In this document: positions 24,100 to 36,000 of the stretch, in pieces
How positions within the stretch are numbered: position 1 is the stretch's first letter
Layout of the letters: every line of letters begins with the position of its first letter
Assembly (NCBI RefSeq): GCF_009914755.1
Contig: NC_060926.1
Source of the DNA: the human T2T-CHM13v2.0 reference genome, Homo sapiens
Length of the DNA stretch: 64,000 nt
Strand: one strand, 5' to 3'
Notes under the pieces: generated by a model
Databases searched by the model: none
Told to the model about the DNA's origin: nothing
The model's input: only the letters and a program-made list of their open reading frames with translations
Position numbers and translations under genes: made by a program

Positions 24100-27000
24100 T
24101 TTCTTTTGAGAGAGCAGTTTTGAAACACTCTTTTTGTGGAATCTGGAAGTGGATATTTGTCTAGCTTTGAGGATTTCTTTGGAAACGGGAATACATATAA
24201 AAAGCAGACAGCAGCATTCCCAGAAACTTCTTTGTGATGTTTGCATTCAAGTCACAGAGTTGAACATTCCCTTTCATAGAGCAGGTTTGAAACACTCTTT
24301 TTGTAGTATCTGGATGTGGACATTTGGAGCGCTTTCAGGCCTATGGTGAAAAAGGAAATATCTTCCCCTGAAAACTAGACAGAAGCATTCTTAGAAACTT
24401 ATTTGTGATGTGCGCCCTCACCTAACAGTGTTGAAGCATTCTTTTGATAGAGCAGTTTTGAAACACTCTTTTTGTGGAATCTGCAAGTGGATATTTGTCT
24501 AGCTTTGAGGATTTCGTTGGAAACGGGATTACATATAAAAAGCAGACAGCAGCATTCCCAGAAACTTCTTTGTGATGTTTGCATTCAAGTCACAGAGTTG
24601 AACATTCCCTTTCAGAGAGCAGGTTTGAAACACTCTTTTTGTAGTATCTGGATGTGGACATTTGGAGCGCTTTCAGGCCTATGGTGAAAAAGGAAATATC
24701 TTCCCCTGAAAACTAGACAGAAGCATTCTCAGAATCTTATTTGTGATGTGCGCCCTCAACTAACAGTGTTGAAGCTTTCTTTTGATAGAGCAGTTTTGAA
24801 ACACTCTTTTTGTAAAATCTGCAAGAGGATATTTGGATAGCTTTGAGGATTTCGTTGAAAACGGGATTGTCTTCATATAAACTCTAGACAGAAGCATTCT
24901 CAGAAGCTTCATTGGGATGTTTCAAATGAAGTCACAGCGTTGAACAGTCCCTTTCATAGAGCAGGTTTGAAACACTCTTTTTGTAGTACCTGGAAGTGGG
25001 CATTTGGAGCGCTCTCAGGACTACGGTGAAAAAGGAAATATCTTCCAATAAAAGCTACATAGAAGCAATGTCAGAAACTTTTTCATGATGTATCTACTCA
25101 GCTAACAGAGTTGAACCTTTCTTTTGAGAGAGCAGTTTTGAAACACTCTTTTTGTGGAATCTGGAAGTGGATATTTGTCTAGCTTTGAGGATTTCGTTGG
25201 AAACGGGATTACATATAAAAAGCAGACAGCAGCATTCCCAGTAACTTCTTTGTGATGTTTGCATTCAAGTCACAGAGTTGAACATTCCCTTTCATAGAGC
25301 AGGTTTGAAACACTCTTTTTGTAGTATCTGGATGTGGACATTTGGAGCGCTTTCAGGCCTATGGTGAAAAAGGAAATATCTTCCCCTGAAAACTAGACAG
25401 AAGCATTCTCAGAATCTTATTTGTGATGTGCGCCCTCAACTAACAGTGTTGAAGCTTTCTTTTGATAGAGCAGTTTTGAAACACTCTTTTTGTAAAATCT
25501 GCAAGAGGATATTTGGATAGCTTTGAGGATTTCGTTGGAAACGGGATTGTCTTCATATAAACTCTAGACAGAAGCATTCTCAGAAGCTTCATTGGGATGT
25601 TTCAATTGAAGTCACAGTGTTGAACAGTCCCTTTCATAGAGCAGGTTTGAAACACTCTTTTTGTTGTATCTGGAAGTGGACATTTGGAGAGATCTCAGGA
25701 ATACGGTGATAAAGGAAATATCTTCCAATAAAAGCTAGATAGAAGCAATGTCAGAAACTTTTTCATGATGTATCTACTCAGCTAACAGAGTTGAACCTTT
25801 CTTTTGAGAGAGCAGTTTTGAAACACTCTTTTTGTGGAATCTGCAAGTGGATATTTGTCTAGCTTTGAGGATTTCGTTGGAAACGGGATTACATATAAAA
25901 AGCAGACAGCAGCATTCCCAGAAACTTCTTTGTGATGTTTGCATTCAAGTCACAGAGTTGAACATTCCCTTTCATAGAGTAGGTTTGAAACACTCTTTTT
26001 GTAGTATCTGGATGTGGACATTTGGAGCGCTTTCAGGCTTATGGTGAAAAAGGAAATATCTTCCCCTGAAAACTAGACAGAAGCACTCTCAGAATTTTAT
26101 TTGTGATGTGCGCCCTCAACTAACAGTGTTGAAGCTTTCTTTTGATAGAGCAGTTTTGAAACACTCTTTTTGTAAAATCTGCAAGAGGATATTTGGATAG
26201 CTTTGAGGATTTCTTTGGAAACTGGATTGTCTTCATATAAACTCTAGACAGAAGCATTCTCAGAAGCTTCATTGGGATGTTTCAATTGAAGTCACAGTGT
26301 TGAACAGTCCCTTTCATAGAGCAGGTTTGAAACACTCTTTTTGTAGTATCTGGATGTGGACATTTGGAGCGCTTTCAGCCCTATGGTGAAAAAGGAAATA
26401 TCTTCCCCTGAAAACTAGACAGAAGCATTCTCAGAAACTTATTTGTGATGTGCGCCCTCAACTAACAGTGTTGAAGCTTTCTTTTGATAGAGCAGTTTTG
26501 AAACACTCTTTTTGTGGAATCTGCAAGTGGATATTTGTCTAGCTTTGAGGATTTCGTTGGAAACGGGAATACATATAAAAAGCAGACAGCAGCATTCCCA
26601 GAATCTTCTTTGTGATGTTTGCATTCAAGTCACAGAGTTGAACATTCCCTTTCATAGAGCAGGTTTGAAACACTCTTTTTGAAGTATCTGGATGTGGACA
26701 TTTGGAGCGCTTTCAGGCCTATGGTGAAAAAGGAAATATCTTCCCCTGAAAACTAGACAGAAGCATTCTCAGAAACTTATTTGTGATGTGCGCCCTCAAC
26801 TAACAGTGTTGAACCTTTCTTTTGATAGAGCAGTTTTGAAACACTCTTTTTGTAATATCTTTAAGAGGATATTTGGATAGCTTTGAGGATTTCGTTGGAA
26901 ACGGGATTGTCTTCATATAAACTCTAGACAGAAGCATTCTCAGAAGCTTCATTGGGATGTTTCAATTGAAGTCACAGTGTTGAACAGTCCCTTTCATAGA

Positions 27001-30000
27001 GAAGGTTTGAAACACTCTTTTTGTAGTATCTGGAAGTGGACATTTGGAGAGATCTCAGGAATACGGTGATAAAGGAAATATCTTCCAATAAAAGCTAGAT
27101 AGAAGCAATGTCAGAAACTTTTTCATGATGTATCTACTCAGCTAACAGAGTTGAACCTTTCTTTTGAGAGAGCAGTTTTGAAACACTCTTTTTGTGGAAT
27201 CTGCAAGTGGATATTTGTCTAGCTTTGAGGATTTCGTTGGAAACGGGATTACATATAAAAAGCAGACAGCAGCATTCAAAGAAACTTCTTTGTGAAGTTA
27301 GCATTCAAGTCACAGAGTTGAACATTCCCTTTCATAGAGCAGGTTTGAAACACTCTTTTTGTAGTATCTGGATATGGACATTTGGAGCGCTTTCAGGCCT
27401 ATGGTGAAAAAGGAAATATCTTCCCCTGAAAACTAGACAGAAGCATTCTCAGAATCTTATTTGTGATGTGCGCCCTCAACTAACAGTGTTGAAGCTTTCT
27501 TTTGACAGAGCAGTTTTGAAACACTCTTTTTATCTGCAAGTGGATATTTGTCTAGCTTTGAGGATTTCGTTGGAAACGGGATTACATATAAAAAGCAGAC
27601 AGCAGCATTCCCAGAATCTTGTTTGTGATGTTTGCATTCAAGTCACAGAGTTGAACATTCCCTTTCAGAGAGAAGGTTTGAAACACTCTTTTTATAGTAT
27701 CTGGATGTGGACATTTGGAGCGCTTTCAGGCCTATGGTGAAAAAGGAAATATCTTCTCCTGAAAACTAGACAGAAGCATTCTCAGAATCTTATTTGTGAT
27801 GTGCGCCCTCAACTAACAGTGTTGAAGCTTTCTTTTGATAGAGCAGTTTTGAAACACTCTTTTTGTAAAATCTGCAAGAGGATATTTGGATAGCTTTGAG
27901 AATTTCATTGGAAACGGGATTGTCTTCATATAAACTCTAGACAGAAGCATTCTCAGAAGCTTCATTGGGATGTTTCAATTGAAGTCACAGTGTTGAACAG
28001 TGCCTTTCATAGAGCAGGTTTGAAACACTCTTTTTGTAGTATCTGGAAGTGGACATTTGGAGCGCTCTCAGGACTACGGTGAAAAAGGAAATATCTTCCA
28101 ATAAAAGCTACATAGAAGCAATGTCAGAAACTTTTTCATGATGTATCTACTCAGCTAACAGAGTTGAACCTTTCTTTTGAGACAGCAGTTTTGAAACAGT
28201 CTTTTTGTGGAATCTGGAAGTGGATATTTGTCTAGCTTTGAGGATTTCGTTGGAAACGGGATTACATATAAAAAGCAGACAGCAGCATTCCCAGTAACTT
28301 CTTTGTGATGTTTGCATTCAAGTCACAAAGTTGAACATTCCCTTTCATAGAGCAGGTTTGAAACACTCTTTTTGTAGTATCTGGATGTGGACATTTGGAG
28401 CACTTTCAGGCCTATGGTGAAAAAGGAAATATCTTCCCCTGAAAACTAGACAGAAGCATTCTCAGAATCTTATTTGTGATGTGCGCCCTCAACTAACAGT
28501 GTTGAACCTTTCTTTTGATAGAGCAGTTTTGAAACACTCTTTTTGTAAAATCTGCAAGAGGATATTTGGATAGCTTTGAAGATTTCGTTGGAAACGGGAT
28601 TCTCTTCATATAAACTCTAGACAGAAGCATTCTCAGAAGCTTCATTGGGATGTTTCAATTGAAGTCACAGTGTTGAACAGTCCCTTTCATAGAGGAGGTT
28701 TGAAACACTCTTTATGTAGTATCTGGAAGTGGACATTTGGAGTGATCTCAGGAATACGGTGATAAAGGAAATATCTTCCAATAAAAGCTAGATAGAAGCA
28801 ATGTCAGAAACTTTTTCATGATGTATCTACTCAGCTAACAGAGTTGAACCTTTCTTTTGAGAGAGCAGTTTTGAAACACTCTTTTTGTGGAAACTGCAAG
28901 TGGATATTTCTCTAGCTTTGAGGATTTCGTTGGAAACGGGATTACATATAAAAAGCAGACAGCAGCATTCCCAGAAACTTGTTTGTGATGTTTGCATTCA
29001 AGTCACAGAGTTGAACATTCCCTTTCATAGAGCAGGTTTGAAACACTCTTTTTGTAGTATCTGGATGTGGACATTTGGAGCGCTTTCAGGCCTATGGTGA
29101 AAAAGGAAATATCTTCCCCTGAAAACTAGACAGAAGCATTCTCAGAAACTTATTTGTGATGTGCGCCCTCAACTAACAGTGTTGAACCTTTCTTTTGATA
29201 GAGCAGTTTTGAAACACTCTTTTTGTAATAACTGCAAGAGGATATTTGGATAGCTTTGAGGATTTCGTTGGAAACGGGATTGTCTTCATATAAACTCTAG
29301 ACAGAAGCATTCTCAGAAGCTTCATTGGGATGTTTCAACTGAAGTCACAGTGTTGAACAGTTCCTTTCATAGAACAGGTTTGAAACACTCTTTTTGTAGT
29401 ATCTGGAAGTGGACATTTGGAGCACTCTCAGGACTGCGGTGAAAAAGGAAATATCTTCCAATAAAAGCTAGATAGAAGCAATGTCAGAAACTTTTTCATG
29501 ATGTATCTACTCAGCTAACAGAGTTGAACCTTCCTTTGAGAGAGCAGTTTTGAAACACTCTTTTTGTGGAATCTGCAAGTGGATATTTGTCTAGCTTTGA
29601 GGATTTCGCTGGAAACGGGATTACATATAAAAAGCAGACAGCAGCATTCCCAGAAACTTCTTTGTGATGTTTGCATTCAAGTCACAGAGTTGAACATTCC
29701 CTTTCGTAGACCAGGTTTGAAACACTCTTTTTGTGGTATCTGTATGTGGACATTTGCAGCGCTTTCAGGCCTAAGGTGAAAAAGGAAATATCTTCCCCTG
29801 AAAACTAGACAGAAGCATTCTCAGAAACTTATTTGTGATGTGCGCCCTCAACTAACAGTGTTGAAGCTTTCTTTTGACAGAGCAGTTTTGAAACACTCTT
29901 TTTGTGGAATCTGCAAGTGGATATTTGTCTAGCTTTGAGGATTTCGTTGGAAACGGGATTACATATAAAAAGCAGACAGCAGCATTCCCAGACTCTTGTT

Positions 30001-33000
30001 TGTGATGTTTGCATTCAAGTCACAGAGTTGAACATTCCCTTTCAGAGAGCAGGTTTGAAACACTCTTTTTATAGTATCTGGATGTGGACATTTGGAGCGC
30101 TTTCAGGCCTATGGTGAAAAAGGAAATATCTTCTCCTGAAAACTAGACAGAAGCATTCTCAGAATCTTATTTGTGATGTGCGCCCTCAACTAAAAGTGTT
30201 GAAGCTTTCTTTCGATAGAGCAGTTTTGAAACACTCTTTTCGTAAAATCTGCAAGAGGATATTTTGATAGCTTTGAGGATTTCGTTGGAAACGGGATTGT
30301 CTTCATATAAACTCTAGACAGAAGCATTCTCAGAAGCTTCATTGGGATGTTTCAATTGAAGTCACAGTGTTGAACAATCCCTTTCATAGAGCAGGTTTGA
30401 AACACTCCTTTTGTAGTATCTGGAAGTGGACATTTGGAGAGATCTCAGGAATACAGTGATAAAGGAAATATCTTCCAATAAAAGCTAGATAGAAGCAGTG
30501 TCAGAAACTTTTTCATGATGTACCTACTCAGCTAACAGAGTTGAACCTTTCTTTTGAGAGAGCAGTTTTGAAACACTCTTTTTGTGGAATCTGCAAGTGG
30601 ATATTTGTCTAGCTTTGAGGATTTCGTTGGAAACGGGATTGCATATAAAAAGCAGACAGCTGCATTCCCAGAAACTTCTTTGTGATGTTTGCATTCAAGT
30701 CACAGAGTTGAACATTCCCTTACATAGAGCATGTTTGAAACACTCTTTTTGTAATATCTGGATGTGGACATTTGGAGCGCTTTCAGGCCTATGGTGAAAA
30801 AGGAAATATCTTCCCCTGAAAACTAGACAGAAGCATTCTCAGAATCTTATTTGTGATATGCGCCCTCAACTAACAGTGTTGAACCTTTCTTTTGATAGAG
30901 CAGTTTTGAAACACTCTTTTTGTAAAATCTGCAAGAGGATATTTGGATAGCTTTGAGGATTTCGTTGGAAACGGGATTGTCTTCATATAAACTCTAGACA
31001 GAAGCATTCTCAGAAGCTTCATTGGGATGTTTCAATTGAAGTCACAGTGTTGAACAGTCCCTTTCATAGAGGAGGTTTGAAACACTCTTTTTGTAGTATC
31101 TGGAAGTGGACATTTGGAGTGATCTCAGGAATACGGTGATAAAGGAAATATCTTCCAATAAAAGCTAGATAGAAGCAATGTCAGAAACTTTTTCATGATG
31201 TATCTACTCAGCTAACAGAGTTGAACCTTTCTTTTGAGAGAGCAGTTTTGAAACACTCTTTTTGTGGAAACTGCAAGTGGATATTTCTCTAGCTTTGAGG
31301 ATTTCGTTGGAAACGTGATTACATATAAAAAGCAGACAGCAGCATTCCCAGAAACTTCTTTGTGATGTTTGCATTCAAGTCACAGAGTTGAACATTCCCT
31401 TTCAGAGAGCAGGTTTGAAACACTCTTTTTGTAGTATCTGGATGTGGACATTTGGAGCGCTTTCAGGCCTATGGTGAAAAAGGAAATATCTTCCCCTGAA
31501 AACTAGACAGAAGCATTCTCAGAATCTTATTTGTGATGTGCGCCCTCAACTAACAGTGTTGAAGCTTTCTTTTGATAGAGCAGTTTTGAAACACTCTTTT
31601 TGTAAAATCTGCAAGAGGATATTTGGATAGCTTTGAGGATTTCGTTGGAAACGGGATTGTCTTCATATAAACTCTAGACAGAAGCATTCTCAGAAGCTTC
31701 ATTGGGATGTTTCAAATGAAGTCACAGCGTTGAACAGTCCCTTTCATAGAGCAGGTTTGAAACACTCTTTTTGTAGTACCTGGAGGTGGGCATTTGGAGC
31801 GCTCTCAGGACTACGGTGAAAAAGGAAATATCTTCCAATAAAAGCTACATAGAAGCAATGTCAGAAACTTTTTCATGATGTATCTACTCAGCTAACAGAG
31901 TTGAACCTTTCTTTTGAGAGAGCAGTTTTGAAACACTCTTTTTGTGGAATCTGGAAGTGGATATTTGTCTAGCTTTGAGGATTTCGTTGGAAACGGGATT
32001 ACATATAAAAAGCAGACAGCAGCATTCCCAGTAACTTCTTTGTGATGTTTGCATTCAAGTCACAGAGTTGAACATTCCCTTTCATAGAGCAGGTTTGAAA
32101 CACTCTTTTTGTAGTATCTGGATGTGGACATTTGGAGCGCTTTCAGGCCTATGGTGAAAAAGGAAATATCTTCCCCTGAAAACTAGACAGAAGCATTCTC
32201 AGAAACTTATTTGTGATGTGCGCCCTCAACTAACAGTGTTGAAGCTTTCTTTTGATAGAGCAGTTTTGAAACACTCTTTTTGTAATATCTGCAAGAGGAT
32301 ATTTGGATAGCTTTGAGGATTTCGTTGGAAACGGGATTGTCTTCATATAAACTCTAGACAGAAGCATTCTCAGAAGCTTCATTGGGATGTTTCAATTGAA
32401 GTCACAGTGTTGAACAGTCCCTTTCATAGAGCAGGTTTGAAACACTCTTTTTGTAGTATCTGGAAGTGGACATTTGGAGAGATCTCAGGAATACGGTGAT
32501 AAAGGAAATATCTTCCAATAAAAGCTAGATAGAAGCAATGTCAGAAACTTTTTCATGATGTATCTACTCAGCTAACAGAGTTGAACCTTTCTTTTGAGAG
32601 AGCAGTTTTGAAACACTCTTTTTGTGGAATCTGCAAGTGGATATTTGTCTAGCTTTGAGGATTTCGTTGGAAACGGGATTACATATAAAAAGCAGACAGC
32701 AGCATTCCCAGAAACTTCTTTGTGAAGTTAGCATTCAAGTCACAGAGTTGAACATTCCCTTTCATAGAGCAGGTTTGAAACACTCTTTTTGTAGTATCTG
32801 GATATGGACATTTGGAGCGCTTTCAGGCCTATGGTGAAAAAGGAAATATCTTCCCCTGAAAACTAGACAGAAGCATTCTCAGAATCTTATTTGTGATGTG
32901 CGCCCTCAACTAACAGTGTTGAAGCTTTCTTTTGACAGAGCAGTTTTGAAACACTCTTTTTATCTGCAAGTGGATATTTGTCTAGCTTTGAGGATTTCGT

Positions 33001-36000
33001 TGGAAACGGGATTACATATAAAAAGCAGACAGCAGCATTCCCAGAATCTTGTTTGTGATGTTTGCATTCAAGTCACAGAGTTGAACATTCCCTTTCAGAG
33101 AGCAGGTTTGAAATACTCTTTTTATAGTATCTGGATGTGGACATTTGGAGCGCTTTCAGGCCTATGGTGAAAAAGGAAATATCTTCTCCTAAAAACTAGA
33201 CAGAAGCATTCTCAGAATCTTATTTGTGATGTGCGCCCTCAACTAACAGTGTTGAAGCTTTCTTTTGATAGAGCAGTTTTGAAACACTCTTTTTGTAAAA
33301 TCTGCAAGAGGATATTTGGATAGCTTTGAGAATTTCATTGGAAACGGGATTGTCTTCATATAAACTCTAGACAGAAGCATTCTCAGAAGCTTCATTGGGA
33401 TGTTTCAATTGAAGTCACAGTGTTGAACAGTGCCTTTCATAGAGCAGGTTTGAAACACTCTTTTTGTAGTATCTGGAAGTGGACATTTGGAGAGATCTCA
33501 GGAATACGGTGATAAAGGAAATATCTTCCAGTAAAAGCTAAATAGAAGCAATGTCAGAAACTTTTTCATGATGTATCTACTCAGCTAACAGAGTTGAACC
33601 TTTCCTTTGAGAGAGCAGTTTTGAAACACTCTTTTTGTGGAATCTGCAAGTGGATATTTGTCTAGCTTTGAGGATTTCGTTGGAAACGGGATTACATATA
33701 AAAAGCAGACAGCAGCATTCCCAGTAACTTCTTTGTGATGTTTGCATTCAAGTCACAGAGTTGAACATTCCCTTTCATAGAGCAGGTTTGAAACACTCTT
33801 TTTGTAGTATCTGGATGTGGACATTTGGAGCGCTTTCAGGCCTATGGTGAAAAAGGAAATATCTTCCCCTGAAAACTAGACAGAAGCATTCTCAGAAACT
33901 TATTTGTGATGTGCGCCCTCAACTAACAGTGTTGAAGCATTCTTTTGATAGAGCAGTTTTGAAACACTCTTTTTGTGGAATCTGCAAGTGGATATTTGTC
34001 TAGCTTTGAGGATTTCGATGGAAACGGGATTACATATAAAAAGCAGACAGCAGCATTCCCAGAATCTTCTTTGTGATGTTTGCATTCAAGTCACAGAGTT
34101 GAACATTCCCTTTCATAGAGCAGGTTTGAAACACTCTTTTTATAGTATCTGGATGTGGACATTTGGAGCGCTTTCAGGCCTATGGTGAAAAAGGAAATAT
34201 CTTCTCCTGAAAACTAGACAGAAGCATTCTCAGAAACTTATTTGTGATGTGCGCCCTCAACTAACAGCGTTGAAGCTTTCTTTTGATAGAGCAGTTTTGA
34301 AACACTCTTTTTGTAAAATCTGCAAGAGGATATTTGGATATCTTTGAGGATTTCATTGGAAACGGGATTGTCTTCATATAAACTCTAGACAGAAGCATTC
34401 TCAGAAGCTTCATTGGGATGTTTCAATTGAAGTCACAGTGTTGAACAGTCCCTTTCATAGAGCAGGTTTGAACCACTCTTTTTGTAGTATCTGGAAGTGG
34501 ACATTTGGAGCGCTCTCAGGACTACGGTGAAAAAGGAAATATCTTCCAATAAAAGCTACATAGAAGCAATGTCAGAAACTTTTTCATGATGTATCTACTC
34601 AGCTAACAGAGTTGAACCTTTCTTTTGAGAGAGCAGTTTTGAAACACTCATTTTGTGGAATCTGGAAGTGGATACTTATCTAGATTTGAGGATTTCGTTG
34701 GAAACGGGATTACATATAAAAAGCAGACAGCAGCATTCCCAGTAACTTCTTTGTGATGTTTGCATTCAAGTCACAAAGTTGAACATTCCCTTTCATAGAG
34801 CAGGTTTGAAACACTCTTTTTGTAGTATCTGGATGTGGACATTTGGAGCGCTTTCAGGCCTATGGTGAAAAAGGAAATATCTTCCCCTGAAAACTAGACA
34901 GAAGCATTCTCAGAATCTTATTTGTGATGTGTGCCCTCAACTAACAGTGTTAAACCTTTCTTTTGATAGAGCAGTTTTGAAACACTCTTTTTGTAAAATC
35001 TGCAAGAGGATATTTGGATAGCTTTGAAGATTTCGTTGGAAACGGGATTGTCTTCATATAAACTCTAGACAGAAGCATTCTCAGAAGCTTCATTGGGATG
35101 TTTCAATTGAAGTCACAGTGTTGAACAGTCCCTTTCATAGAGGAGGTTTGAAACACTCTTTTTGTAGTATCTGGAAGTGGACATTTGGAGTGATCTCAGG
35201 AATACGGTGATAAAGGAAATATCTTCCAATCAAAGCTAGATAGAAGCAATGTCAGAAACTTTTTCATGATGTATCTACTCAGCTAACAGAGTTGAACCTT
35301 CCTTTGAGAGAGCAGTTTTGAAACACTCTTTTTGTGGAATCTGCAAGTGGATATTTGTCTAGCTTTGAGGATTTCGCTGGAAAAGGGATTACATATAAAA
35401 AGCAGACAGCAGCATTCCCAGAAACTTCTTTGTGATGTTTGCATTCAAGTCACAGAGTTGAACATTCCCTTTCATAGAGCAGGTTTGAAACACTCTTTTT
35501 GTAGTATCTGTATGTGGACATTTGCAGCGCTTTCAGGCCTAAGGTGAAAAAGGAAATATCTTCCCCTGAAAACTAGACAGAAGCATTCTCAGAAACTTAT
35601 TTGTGATGTGCGCCCCCAACTAACAGTGTTGAAGCTTTCTTTTGACAGAGCAGTTTTGAAACACTCTTTTTGTGGAATCTGCAAGTGGATATTTGTCTAG
35701 CTTTGAGGATTTCGTTGGAAACGGGATTACATATAAAAAGCAGACAGCAGCATTCCCAGAATCTTGTATGTGATGTTTGCATTCAAGTCACAGAGTTGAA
35801 CATTCCCTTTCAGAGAGCAGGTTTGAAACACTCTTTTTATAGTATCTAGATATGGACATTTGGAGCGCTTTCAGGCCTATGGTGAAAAAGGAAATATCTT
35901 CTCCTGAAAAGTAGACAGAAGCATTCTCAGAATCTTATTTGTGATGTGCGCCCTCAACTAACAGTGTTGAAGCTTTCTTTTGATAGAGCAGTTTTGAAAC

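Noticed and set aside
27468-27740. Longest ORF (90 aa, repeated at 32898)
   Set aside because: It is created by the 5-bp deletion fusing two satellite reading frames, not a gene.
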